Assembly: GCA_016205085.1 (NCBI GenBank)
Contig: JACQJN010000215.1
Location: 1-14,566 of the forward strand
DNA length: 14,566 bases
Origin: Elusimicrobiota bacterium
Lineage (GTDB): Bacteria; Elusimicrobiota; Elusimicrobia; JACQJN01
Direction: 5' to 3'
Shown: piece after piece, positions 1-8,710 of the stretch
Layout: every line of letters begins with the position of its first letter
How positions within the stretch are numbered: position 1 is the first letter of the stretch
The notes under the pieces: model-generated
The model's database searches: none
The model's input: the letters and a program-made list of their open reading frames with translations, nothing else
Told to the model about the DNA's origin: nothing
Translations under genes and position numbers: made by a program

Positions 1-53
1 CTGTACATCCTCTTCCTGAGTCGTCGGTATAGAACACTTCCTCTCCAGTTCCA

Positions 54-2027
54 TCAGGCCCATCCCAAAAAAATAAGAATTTGATTGACAGCCGCCGCGA
101 TCCCCAAAGCATAGAACAGCACAAACCCGCTGATGAGGAGGGTCGCCTTCATCCCTCTTTCCTTAACGGACATAAGCCATTGTGCGATGCAGGGCATAAA
201 CAGAGCGATGGCCACCATGCTCACCGCGCTTTGCCGGAGGCTGAGGAGCCCATCCCTCTGCATCTGGTAGAACCCCGCGGCTCCGTAGTCTCTCCTGAAA
301 AATCCCACCCAAAAGGCCTCGGTGGCTTTCTCGGGAAGCCCCAAAAATCCGGTCACAACCGGAGAAGACCAGCGCCCGATGATTTTCAAGAGGCCGAAAG
401 CATCCAAAAAATAGAGCGCCATCGTCCCATAGATGAACAGGGGCACCACCTCCCGCAGGTACCATTTCAGACGCGAGGCCACCTTCCGGATAAGGTTTCC
501 CATCTGGGGAAGGCGCATGGGCGGGATCTCCAGCAAGAAAGGGGAAGGCGCTCCCGGCAAAACCTTTGAAGCGGCCCAGCCCGTCCCTAGCAAACTTCCT
601 ACCACCACAAAAAGCCATATCCCAAAAACGGAGAGCGGCAGCCCAGAGCCCATGGCCATCAAGACCCCCAACTGCGCCGAACACGGAACCGCCAATGCCA
701 GGAGAAAACTCATCAGAATCTTCTCCTTCTTGGTATCCAAAATCCGAGTGGTCAGCATCGCCATGCTCCCGCAGCCTAAGCCCAAAATCATGGGAAACAC
801 CGCCTTGCCGTTTAACCCTATGAGTCTGAAAAACCGGTTCAACAAGACAGATAGGCGGGGCAGATAACCCGTATCCTCCAAAAAACCCAAAGCCAAAAAG
901 AATGTGGTCACGATGGGAAGAATCAGAGCGAAGGCATACGTCAGGGCCATGGTAAAAACCCCATATTCCCCCACCAAAATATCCTGCAGCCACCGCCACG
1001 GCAAGAGGTTCTGCACCGCCTGGGATACCATCGGATTAATAAAATTCCCGAACACTGTTTCCTCCAAAAAATCCACAAGGGTCTGGGCCCCCAACACCCC
1101 TACGAACTCATACATTCCCCACAAAACAAATCCGGCGATGAGATATCCCGGCCAAGGCCTCAAACTCCAGGTGCCCAAGATCCCCAACCATCGTGCCAGA
1201 CGGGTAGGATTTCCCTGGGAGGGCCGGCTCCACACCTCCGCCCCCAAGAGGTCCGCCTGCTCCCGCCGACAAGCCATCAGGATGCCCGAGAGTGGCCTTT
1301 CAAATTTCCGGCGCGCCGCTTCTACCTTCTCCATGATCTCTTGCGAAAGAAATCTTTTAAGTCCCAAAATTTCCTCCGAAGCCAAATGGTTCTGCAAAAG
1401 CAGCGGAAACAAGCCGCACATCTCCCTGGAGAGGTACGGTTCCACATCCCTGCGCGCCGCCTCAATCTTGGAAGGATAAACCATCCGGAAGGAAGGGGCG
1501 GTCGCCCTCAAAAGGGACTGCCTTAAATCCTGCAGGCCTTCACGGGTGGTGGCCACCGTTTCCACCACCGGAATTCCCAAAATTCTGGAAAGCCTGTGGG
1601 AATCGACATGAAAGCCTCGGCTCAACGCCTCGTCCTTCATGTTCAGGCATAATACCATGGCAATTTGAAGGTCTGTCAGTTCCAGAGTCAGCGCCAAAAC
1701 CCCGTGCAGATTTTTGGAATCCGCCACCTGCACCACAATATCTGGCCGGTCCAAGAGGAGTCTCCGCGTGACCCTTTCCTCATCGCTGTGCGCCACCAAA
1801 GAATAGATGCCGGGGCTGTCCACAAACTCAAACAAATGACCGCCCACCTCTCCTAATCCCTTGGCCACATCCACAGTCGTGCCGGGATAGTTGGAAACCA
1901 TGACGTACTTCCCGGTGAGGGCATTAAACAGAACCGATTTCCCCACGTTGGGATGGCCCACAAGCACCACCCGTTTGAGAGCCACCTGCTTGTGTTCCGG
2001 AAGATCTAGTGAAGATGAGTTATGCAT
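54..2027 (-). CDS. feoB: Ferrous iron transport protein B (FeoB): N-terminal small GTPase domain plus polytopic membrane domain
   Basis: G1 P-loop GHPNVGKS near the N-terminus. G2 PGTTV, G3 DSPG and G4 NMKD follow in canonical order. A long multi-TM hydrophobic C-terminal domain is present. The ATG sits at 2025-2027 and no feoA is adjacent. Confidence 0.88.
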   Translation of the reverse strand: MHNSSSLDLPEHKQVALKRVVLVGHPNVGKSVLFNALTGKYVMVSNYPGTTVDVAKGLGEVGGHLFEFVDSPGIYSLVAHSDEERVTRRLLLDRPDIVVQVADSKNLHGVLALTLELTDLQIAMVLCLNMKDEALSRGFHVDSHRLSRILGIPVVETVATTREGLQDLRQSLLRATAPSFRMVYPSKIEAARRDVEPYLSREMCGLFPLLLQNHLASEEILGLKRFLSQEIMEKVEAARRKFERPLSGILMACRREQADLLGAEVWSRPSQGNPTRLARWLGILGTWSLRPWPGYLIAGFVLWGMYEFVGVLGAQTLVDFLEETVFGNFINPMVSQAVQNLLPWRWLQDILVGEYGVFTMALTYAFALILPIVTTFFLALGFLEDTGYLPRLSVLLNRFFRLIGLNGKAVFPMILGLGCGSMAMLTTRILDTKKEKILMSFLLALAVPCSAQLGVLMAMGSGLPLSVFGIWLFVVVGSLLGTGWAASKVLPGAPSPFLLEIPPMRLPQMGNLIRKVASRLKWYLREVVPLFIYGTMALYFLDAFGLLKIIGRWSSPVVTGFLGLPEKATEAFWVGFFRRDYGAAGFYQMQRDGLLSLRQSAVSMVAIALFMPCIAQWLMSVKERGMKATLLISGFVLFYALGIAAAVNQILIFLGWA

Positions 2028-2162
2028 CGGCCACAGAATGCAAAACGTCGATTTTCCGCATAATATCTTTCGCTTTTAAACCCATTGCCTTCGTCCCAAT
2101 TACACCTTCCTTTGATAAATTCTAGTGCAACAAAATAGCCAGATAGCACTCTTCGTGGAACG
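2028..2162 (-). promoter_or_regulatory. 135-nt spacer between ccsA and feoB, a candidate feoB promoter/iron-responsive operator region
   Basis: This is the non-coding gap directly upstream of feoB. It contains an AT-rich stretch and a weak Fur-box-like half-site (tgataaattctag, 2113-2125). There is no convincing Shine-Dalgarno for feoB. Confidence 0.2.
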
Positions 2163-2933
2163 CTAGGCGTAGGCGTGCAGGCCGCTCAAGAGGTAGTTGA
2201 CGCCGAAGTAGGTAAAAACCACAAATACAAATCCAGCGATCGCCAGCCACGCAAATCGCTCATTTTTCCAACCTCGAGTGCGTCTCAAATGAATGGCTAT
2301 CGCGTAGAATAACCAGGTCACCAGGGCCCATGTTTCTTTAGGATCCCAGGACCAGTACGTTCCCCAGGCCGAGTTGGCCCAGACAGCCCCGGTGATGATC
2401 CCCAATGCCAAAAACCAAAATCCCACCTGTATGGCCCGATACAGAAACTCATCCAAATGGGCTCCTCGAAATTTCCAATAAACGACCCCTCCCAGAAACC
2501 CCAGGGATAGAGCCGCGTAGCCTATCATGGTTGTGATCACATGGATGAGAAGCCAGTTGGATTGAAGCGCAGGGACCAGAGGAGCCACCCCCGAATCCAG
2601 AAAAGAGGTCACCCCTAAACTCAAAACGAGAAATAAGGAAAGCGCGGGGACCAACCCCTGAAGAGGAAATTTAGAAAAAAAATAGAACAAGACAAACAGG
2701 GTGAGCACGGTCCACAGAAGAAACATCATGGACTCATACTGATTAGAGAGAGGCGCGTGCCCGGAGGCCCGCCAAAGCAAAAGCAGGTGCAGGGATATCT
2801 CCAGCCAGCTTAAAAAAAGAGCAACGAAGACCCAGCGGTTGAAGGAGGGTTTTTTCAAAAGATAACCCGCCACATAGGTTCCCAAGGCCAATAGGGAAAA
2901 TCCAAAAGCAAATTGAAATGCAATTTGTATCAT
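2163..2933 (-). CDS. ccsA: Cytochrome c biogenesis System II heme-handling protein CcsA/ResC (WWD-domain family)
   Basis: Tryptophan-rich WWD signature WGTYWSWDPKETWALVTWLFYAIAIH with flanking conserved His residues and a C-terminal SGLHAY. The protein is polytopic. I placed the start at the internal Met (ATG 2931-2933) because it forms an ATGA overlap with the ccsB stop. The longest ORF extends to 2993 and would overlap ccsB by 64 nt. Confidence 0.8.
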   Translation of the reverse strand: MIQIAFQFAFGFSLLALGTYVAGYLLKKPSFNRWVFVALFLSWLEISLHLLLLWRASGHAPLSNQYESMMFLLWTVLTLFVLFYFFSKFPLQGLVPALSLFLVLSLGVTSFLDSGVAPLVPALQSNWLLIHVITTMIGYAALSLGFLGGVVYWKFRGAHLDEFLYRAIQVGFWFLALGIITGAVWANSAWGTYWSWDPKETWALVTWLFYAIAIHLRRTRGWKNERFAWLAIAGFVFVVFTYFGVNYLLSGLHAYA

Positions 2934-3952
2934 CGCCAAAAAGACCAAGCCAACCCCAGCATGAGAAGAATAAATCCCGTGTATATCACCCAAACACTGG
3001 GATCCTTCACTATCTGAATGCTGGAAAAATTCATATTTTTAGGGTCATACCCCGACTGGTAAAGCCGGTAGCCCTGATAACTCATGGGGGAGTTGACCGA
3101 AATGGTCTGCTTCGTTCCCGGCCCCTGGGTATCTGTGATTTCCAAATCGCTCTCAAACTGGCGGACACGCCCCGGAACGTACTCATAGACCAGACGAAAG
3201 GGCCGTCCCACATCTCCGTGAAAGTCCGGAAATCTGGAAAACACGAACTGCCGCACCGATCCATGTCCATTTTGGACGGACAGCTCCCAGGCCGGGTTCT
3301 CCCGGGCCTCGCTGCGTGATACGGGAGACTTTCCCTCCAAAGCAAACTCGGGATAAAACCGAATCGGCAACACCTTCAAATTTAGGAATTTAAACTCCGC
3401 GATTTGATTCTGAACTAACTCCGCCGATGCATGCTGCCCTGGAGAATCTCCATAAACCACATGCAAAATATGCTTCTCCTGTTCCCAGTAATGGATGCGA
3501 AACGCCTTCAGTTTTATGGAAAAGGGAAGCGAAATCTCCTCATAGCCGTCATTGATATACCCGGACCATACCTGGTCCACATTCATAGGCAAATGGCCCT
3601 TTTGCCCATAGACCCCCCGGATGATGCCCCCCGCAAACAAAAGCAGAATTGCGGCGTGGGAAATAAAAACCCCAGGTCTGACTAAAAGCGCTTTATACCG
3701 CTTTAGAGAGCAAGCCAATAGATTGATTCCGGACAAACCCAACAGCCCCAAAAACCAATAGCTTTTAAAAAGATTATTCCATCCCAAACTCAGGATGAAT
3801 GAAGCCACGGTGCGACCATACGTCTGATGGTATTCTTCCGGGGATTCCCCCTGAGGAACAATCCCCCCTAAAGCACAGGCCAGAAGCAAGCATCCTGCAC
3901 AGATGAAGAAAAATCGGATGGAGGCTAGTTGATCCAGCAGCTTTCTTGCCAT
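2930..3952 (-). CDS. ccsB: Cytochrome c biogenesis System II protein CcsB/ResB family (compact, 340 aa)
   Basis: ResB-like N-terminus (LASIRFFFICAGCLLLACALGGIVPQG) followed by TM helices with a His (FISHAAILLLFAGG). A large hydrophilic periplasmic domain and a C-terminal TM (VWVIYTGFILLMLGLAWSFW) complete the ResB layout. It lies immediately upstream of ccsA with an ATGA stop/start overlap. Confidence 0.72.
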   Translation of the reverse strand: MARKLLDQLASIRFFFICAGCLLLACALGGIVPQGESPEEYHQTYGRTVASFILSLGWNNLFKSYWFLGLLGLSGINLLACSLKRYKALLVRPGVFISHAAILLLFAGGIIRGVYGQKGHLPMNVDQVWSGYINDGYEEISLPFSIKLKAFRIHYWEQEKHILHVVYGDSPGQHASAELVQNQIAEFKFLNLKVLPIRFYPEFALEGKSPVSRSEARENPAWELSVQNGHGSVRQFVFSRFPDFHGDVGRPFRLVYEYVPGRVRQFESDLEITDTQGPGTKQTISVNSPMSYQGYRLYQSGYDPKNMNFSSIQIVKDPSVWVIYTGFILLMLGLAWSFWR

Positions 3953-3956
3953 AAAT

Positions 3957-4421
3957 CTATTTTAATGTGACCTCCTCAAACAATTTCTTCAGTTTCTGCT
4001 GCTGAATCTGGAATTCCTCTTTTTTCATGGCTTTTCTGATCTCGGAATCATAGACCAGAAACTCGATGATATGATCTTCATCCAACTTTTCCAAAGTTAT
4101 TCCACGACCTTCCATTTTAAGGTGCATCCTGTGGACGAACCGCCTCCAGGCGGATTCTTCTATGATGGGAGAATTCAATGCGCGAGCCGGGGCGTGGCAA
4201 GCACCGCAAGCCGTCAGGAAGAGCTTATAGTTTTCCTGCTGTCTTTGGGGATAGCCAGATACGTCCACCGTAGAAGCACCTAAGTCATAAAAAAACCTAG
4301 GGGCCGGACTGGCTGGGCCTTCTCTGCCAGACTCCATCGGAACCGGTGCTTTTCCATTACTAGAACATCCCTCCAGAACCCCCGCAATCATAAAAGCCGA
4401 TAGAAGATGCCGGATTTTCAT
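3957..4421 (-). CDS. Monoheme c-type cytochrome, probably a lipoprotein (ActE-like position in the CISM/ACIII-like module)
   Basis: Start placed at the internal Met (MKIRHLLSAFMIAGVLEGCSS...), which gives a signal peptide ending in a Cys (lipobox-like LEGC). There is a single CGACH heme-binding motif. The ATG at 4419-4421 overlaps the stop of the upstream NrfD-like gene as ATGA. The longer ORF to 4760 has a low-complexity N-terminus and would overlap the upstream gene by 343 nt. Confidence 0.6.
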   Translation of the reverse strand: MKIRHLLSAFMIAGVLEGCSSNGKAPVPMESGREGPASPAPRFFYDLGASTVDVSGYPQRQQENYKLFLTACGACHAPARALNSPIIEESAWRRFVHRMHLKMEGRGITLEKLDEDHIIEFLVYDSEIRKAMKKEEFQIQQQKLKKLFEEVTLK

Positions 4422-5992
4422 GATGCTGGAAAATAGGTCCGGATTCTTTCCGAAACCTCCTCCTCTGCATGCTCTTTTCCCTCCCTCACCTCCCAAATGG
4501 AAACGATGGGGAAAAGCCTCGTAAAAACTGTGTAAAGCAGGGCAAAAGCTGCCAAGCATCCTGCAAAAAGAGAAATCTCCACCCAACTCGGTGAGTAGGA
4601 GCCGACCGTGTAGGGCAGACGAGGCCGAACCAATGTGGGAACTACAATCAGAAACCTCTCCAACCACATCCCCACACACACAAAAGCGGAGGCGGCAACC
4701 GTTCCTCCCACCGTTTTTCCCAGACGCGACGCTAAAACCAGAAAGGGAAAGACAAAACAAGTCAGTGCCATGGTCCAGAAGTGAAAAGAATATCTTCCGG
4801 AAAGCTTGGAAAAGAAGATCAGCATATGGTCCGGCTCATGGCCGTACCAGACCGTAATATACTCGCAAAACGTGAAATAAAGCCACAAACAGCTCATCAC
4901 CAGCAAAAGAGTGCCCAGGTACTGGAAATGGATGGGCCTTAGATATTCTTGGAGACCGTAGGCCTTTCTCAAGACGGCCATAGCGATGATCAGGGCGGCA
5001 ATCCCGGAAAATATGGCTCCCACCACGAAATATGGACCAAATATCGTTGAATGCCACATCGGCTGGACCGTCATGCTGAACACATACGAAACCACCGTGT
5101 GCACTGAAATGGCGACGGGGATGACGACGATCGCCATGATGGCAATACACTTTTCCAAAATCCGCACCTCCTCCGGAGCGCCCGTCCAGCCCAGGGAAAG
5201 CAGTTCATAGAAATCCCTGCGCCAGCCCTGGACATGGTCCCGGAGAATAGCTATGTCCGGAATAAGGGGAATGTACAGGTAGATGCTGCTGGCCGTCAGG
5301 TAGGCGGTGATGCTGCAAACGTCCCAGAGAAGGGGGGATTCATATCTCCCATATAAGAACACATTCAACATCCGGTCGGGGCGGCCCAGATCGAGAAGAA
5401 TATTGGCCGCCCCGAAGAAAAGGACCATCACCGTAATCACCTCGGCCGAGCGGGTAATCGGCCTGCGCCACTCGGCATTGGCAATTCTTAATATGGCTGA
5501 GATCAAAGTCCCCGCATGAGAAATGCCTATGAAAAAGACAAAATTGGTGATGTAAAATCCCCAGAAGACCGGGTTGCCCAACCCAGTGACCTGAAGACCC
5601 CGAAAGACCTGTTGACTCCAGGCAAAAAGCGCCCAGAGGGAGACGGAAACCAGAATTCCCACAAACAACAGAAATCCTTTTCCAGGAGGATTGAGAATGG
5701 GCGCGATCAGAGCGGACTCCGTCTTCGAGATCGGGACAGGCTCGGTAACCCCTGCCTTTTTTTCTTTGACGGCCACGGTATAAAAAAGGAATGTGAGAAC
5801 GGCTGAAAAGAGGATAAAGAGGGGGCCCACAAGGCACCCGATGACTGCTCCGGCCATCCAGTTGTCTCCTAAATCACGAAGTTTTTGAATGCGCCACAGA
5901 AACCAGCCGTTGACCGCAAGAGTAAAAGCGTAGAAGGCCAGGAGACCGCAGACTTGAACATAAAACGCCCAACCCTTTCTTTTCATGGTCAC
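4418..5992 (-). CDS. NrfD/PsrC/ActC-family integral membrane quinone-interacting subunit (about 12 predicted TM helices)
   Basis: I count about 12 hydrophobic helices by eye: a 10-TM NrfD-like core with motifs such as HAGTLISAIL...ANAEWRRP, plus two extra N-terminal helices. The GTG at 5990-5992 overlaps the FeS-subunit stop (GTGA). An ATG two codons downstream (5984-5986) sits 10 nt after a GGGAGGGGG Shine-Dalgarno and is an equally plausible start. Confidence 0.8.
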   Translation of the reverse strand: MTMKRKGWAFYVQVCGLLAFYAFTLAVNGWFLWRIQKLRDLGDNWMAGAVIGCLVGPLFILFSAVLTFLFYTVAVKEKKAGVTEPVPISKTESALIAPILNPPGKGFLLFVGILVSVSLWALFAWSQQVFRGLQVTGLGNPVFWGFYITNFVFFIGISHAGTLISAILRIANAEWRRPITRSAEVITVMVLFFGAANILLDLGRPDRMLNVFLYGRYESPLLWDVCSITAYLTASSIYLYIPLIPDIAILRDHVQGWRRDFYELLSLGWTGAPEEVRILEKCIAIMAIVVIPVAISVHTVVSYVFSMTVQPMWHSTIFGPYFVVGAIFSGIAALIIAMAVLRKAYGLQEYLRPIHFQYLGTLLLVMSCLWLYFTFCEYITVWYGHEPDHMLIFFSKLSGRYSFHFWTMALTCFVFPFLVLASRLGKTVGGTVAASAFVCVGMWLERFLIVVPTLVRPRLPYTVGSYSPSWVEISLFAGCLAAFALLYTVFTRLFPIVSIWEVREGKEHAEEEVSERIRTYFPAS

Positions 5993-6696
5993 ACCCCCTC
6001 CCTTAGATAGGTGACCTTGGGCTCGGTGCCCAATTCCTCCAAAAGGTGAAACGCGCGAGGGTCTTTGCAGAGCCTTGAGACGTCACTTTCGGAATCGTTC
6101 AGATCGCCGAACACAATCGCCTTGGCAGGGCAAACCTCCGCGCATGCCGGCTGGTAATCCCCCTCCTGTAGGTTCCGCCCCTGCGCCACAGCTTCTTCCT
6201 TGGCGCGTTGAAGGCGGTGATGGCAGAAAAGGCATTTTTCAACGACCCCATTCGGCCTTACCGAAACGCTGGGATTGAACGAAGATCGCATTTCATCGGG
6301 CCAGAGTGGCTTCTTCCAGTTGAAGAATTTGCAGGTGTAGGGACAGGCATTCAAGCAATACCGGCATCCGATGCATCGCGAGTACACCTGACCCACAATA
6401 CCCTCCTCGTTTTTGAAGGTGGCATAGACGGGACAGACCTTGATACAGGGAGGATTTTCACACTGCTGGCAAGGCATGGGGATCAAGTTCTGACGCACAT
6501 GCGAACCCTCCACCTCCGTTTTGGGAAGAATCTTCAACCAACGGATGACCCTGCCCATCGCAGCTTCCTCAGGGCTCCCCAGCATCTGGTTGTTCTCGAC
6601 CGAGCAGGCCACCACGCAAGCACCGCACCCCGTGCATTTGTCGAGATCCACAACCATTCCCCAGCGGTGCTGCCCCTTTCTGCGACTCTCTTCCAT
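5989..6696 (-). CDS. Four-cluster 4Fe-4S ferredoxin-type electron-transfer subunit (PsrB/NrfC/HybA/ActB2-like)
   Basis: N-terminus WGMVVDLDKCTGCGACVVAC. Four Cys clusters are present: CxxCxxCxxxC, CQQCENPPCIKVCP, CIGCRYCLNACP and CLFCHH...CAEVCP. It has no signal peptide of its own, consistent with TAT hitch-hiking on the adjacent MopB subunit. It starts 4 nt after the MopB stop. Confidence 0.85.
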   Translation of the reverse strand: MEESRRKGQHRWGMVVDLDKCTGCGACVVACSVENNQMLGSPEEAAMGRVIRWLKILPKTEVEGSHVRQNLIPMPCQQCENPPCIKVCPVYATFKNEEGIVGQVYSRCIGCRYCLNACPYTCKFFNWKKPLWPDEMRSSFNPSVSVRPNGVVEKCLFCHHRLQRAKEEAVAQGRNLQEGDYQPACAEVCPAKAIVFGDLNDSESDVSRLCKDPRAFHLLEELGTEPKVTYLREGV

Positions 6697-6700
6697 GGCG

Positions 6701-8710
6701 TTATGCTTTCATGAGACGACACCTGCCGCCGCGAAATTGCGGATCGACCCCGTCTCCCTCGGCGATCTCCAAGGGGTTGGCTCCCAATCCCTTGGCCCAT
6801 CTCCCATAAGCCGTGTGCCCCAACCCCACCGGAACACTCACCACATCCGGCATGGTCCAGGGTACGAGGCGCGCCTTGACCTGAATTTTTCCTCTCCTGG
6901 ACTCCACCCATACCCTGTCTCCATCGACGATGCCGTATTTTCGGGCGGTGTCAGGATGAATTTCCGCCCATGTTCCCCACGTTTCCTGAGCCTGCGGTCC
7001 CGCGACGCTTTGGAGATAGGGAAGATGGGCTCCCTCTCCGCGGAAAAAAGCAAGGGGGGTGAAGAGATATAGGAAAAGCGGAAATTCCGCGTCCCCTTTC
7101 AGCTCCGGCACCCGATGTTTAAGAGCATCCACCAAGGGGCTGAATCTAAATCGTTCCAACATCTTCCCGCTCTTCGGGATCTCCATCCACCGGACTTCCC
7201 CCTCCGGTTCCAGAAGACTCTCACCCTTGAGCTCTTTCGCCCTGATCTTATGATAGGATTGGAATTCACCCAGGGCCGGAGCCGCTCCTTCAACAACTCG
7301 TTTTAATAGAAGGAAAATTTCTCCAGGATCCTTCGTGTCGTAGAGAGGCTCCACGGCCCGTGGGCTGGCATTTAAAACGGATTTTCCATCTATTGTGGAA
7401 TGCTGGGACAGGTGGAGCTGCTCTAAAGGCGTATGGCAAGGAAGTACAATGTCCGAAATCTCGGCTGTCTCGGTCATGTGGGGCGAAACAGTGACGATGA
7501 ACGGCACATTTTCCAGTACGGACTTCCACTGGCCCGACCCAAAAAAAACGGGATTTACACGATCCACAATCATCACTTGAGGCGCCGCTTTCCTGAACCG
7601 CTCCGCGCTCTCCTCCCGTTTCTCCAAGCCGCCCACCGTCCAAACCGTTTCTTCGCTTCCCATGCTGCCCAGAATCATATTCAGGGCGGAAACCGCCATT
7701 CGGTTGAAAATAAAATCAGACCCCATAATGGCTGCGGCCGGTTTCAAATGAATAAATTTCAGAAGGAGAAGCTTGATCTCTTTCTCCGGAATTTGAGTCC
7801 ATCGGGACACCCGTTCCAGAGACAACATTTCCACAGCTCTTTTAAATTCCTCGAACCCATCCGTATGGCCTTGGATATAAGCCTTGCCGTAACTTCCGTT
7901 CACAATGAGCTCCCGCGCCAGCCACAAAGCCAGTACTCCTTCCGTCCCGGGCCGGATGGGCATCCACTCATCCGCCTTGGCGGCCGTCACGGAAAACCGC
8001 GGCTCGATCTGAACGACGTGGGTTCGTTGCCTGCCGGGCCACCGCCGAAGTTTGGCAAAAGCCCTCTGAGCCTCCACGGGTGAAGGATGAGTCTGGAGCC
8101 AATCGAATCCAAAAGAAACAAGAAGTCGGATCCGGTCCAAATCCCAAAATGTCCGCGGGCTAGACTCCAAGGTCACAAAATTCCCCTCACCCACTGAACC
8201 GGCCAGCCCCTTTAAAGCTTCCTGATGCACGTCCTTGGGTTCTCCGGGAGTCAGGAGCGCCAAAGGCCGTTTCACTTTTTCTAGATTTGCCTTGGATATC
8301 CTTCCCGCGATCCGGCGCACAGCTTCCTCCCAAGAGATCGCAGTCCACCTCCCCGCGCCCCGAGGACCTTCGCGCACCAGCGGGCCACGAAGACGGTCCG
8401 GATGGTACAACTCCTGAAGGACGGCGGCTCCTTTAGGACAAAGGCTTCCTTGATTGATAGGATGATCCTGAGTCCCTGAAATTCCCACCGCGCGGCCATC
8501 CATCTTGCGTACGCGGATGCCGCAGCCGGCCGGACACATGCCGCATATCCCCTGAACGAATGTCTCCTTGCCTGGTTGAGGCAATGGTGTCTCTCTGGGC
8601 TTAAGGACAGTTTCCCTGGCCCAGGAAGGCAGCACAGAGCCCGCTCCCAATAGGCCGGCCAACTTCAGAAAGGCTCGTCTCGATATCTCCATATTACAGG
8701 TGGCACGCAA
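6701..8710 (-). CDS. TAT-exported molybdopterin-oxidoreductase (Mo-bisPGD/MopB) family catalytic-type subunit, PsrA/PhsA/ActB1/QrcB-like (669 aa)
   Basis: Twin-arginine signal (MEISRRAFLKLAGLLGAGSVLPSWA). A canonical FS0 [4Fe-4S] motif CGMCPAGCG-x27-CPKG (CX2CX3CX27C) is present. The MopB core signature VVQIEPRFSVTAAKADEWMPIRPGTEGVLALWLAREL is also present. The alternative start MEISRR... at 8692 would leave a 1-nt gap to the upstream gene instead of a 17-nt overlap. Confidence 0.8.
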   Translation of the reverse strand: MRATCNMEISRRAFLKLAGLLGAGSVLPSWARETVLKPRETPLPQPGKETFVQGICGMCPAGCGIRVRKMDGRAVGISGTQDHPINQGSLCPKGAAVLQELYHPDRLRGPLVREGPRGAGRWTAISWEEAVRRIAGRISKANLEKVKRPLALLTPGEPKDVHQEALKGLAGSVGEGNFVTLESSPRTFWDLDRIRLLVSFGFDWLQTHPSPVEAQRAFAKLRRWPGRQRTHVVQIEPRFSVTAAKADEWMPIRPGTEGVLALWLARELIVNGSYGKAYIQGHTDGFEEFKRAVEMLSLERVSRWTQIPEKEIKLLLLKFIHLKPAAAIMGSDFIFNRMAVSALNMILGSMGSEETVWTVGGLEKREESAERFRKAAPQVMIVDRVNPVFFGSGQWKSVLENVPFIVTVSPHMTETAEISDIVLPCHTPLEQLHLSQHSTIDGKSVLNASPRAVEPLYDTKDPGEIFLLLKRVVEGAAPALGEFQSYHKIRAKELKGESLLEPEGEVRWMEIPKSGKMLERFRFSPLVDALKHRVPELKGDAEFPLFLYLFTPLAFFRGEGAHLPYLQSVAGPQAQETWGTWAEIHPDTARKYGIVDGDRVWVESRRGKIQVKARLVPWTMPDVVSVPVGLGHTAYGRWAKGLGANPLEIAEGDGVDPQFRGGRCRLMKA

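Noticed and set aside
904-1479. Plus-strand ORFs of 130-216 aa (904..1479, 6521..7072, 7433..8083, 10582..11160, 13372..13899 and others)
   Set aside because: All lie antisense inside minus-strand genes whose products have strong family signatures. Their translations are low-complexity (Arg/Pro/Gly/Ser-rich) with no recognisable motifs. They look like shadow ORFs of GC-rich coding sequence.
2113-2125. Fur-box-like string tgataaattctag upstream of feoB
   Set aside because: It is only a partial match to the 19-bp Fur consensus and has no second half-site. It is mentioned only as a low-confidence regulatory hint.
3957-4760. Long in-frame N-terminal extensions of three minus-strand ORFs (3957..4760, 11436..12245, 10198..11679) that would overlap their upstream genes by 145-343 nt, suggesting fusions or programmed frameshifts
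   Set aside because: Each has an internal Met that begins a textbook N-terminus (signal peptide, cytochrome b6 N-terminus, subunit IV). Each sits in an ATGA overlap or 2-nt gap with the upstream stop. The extensions are low-complexity read-through of the neighbouring gene in another frame.
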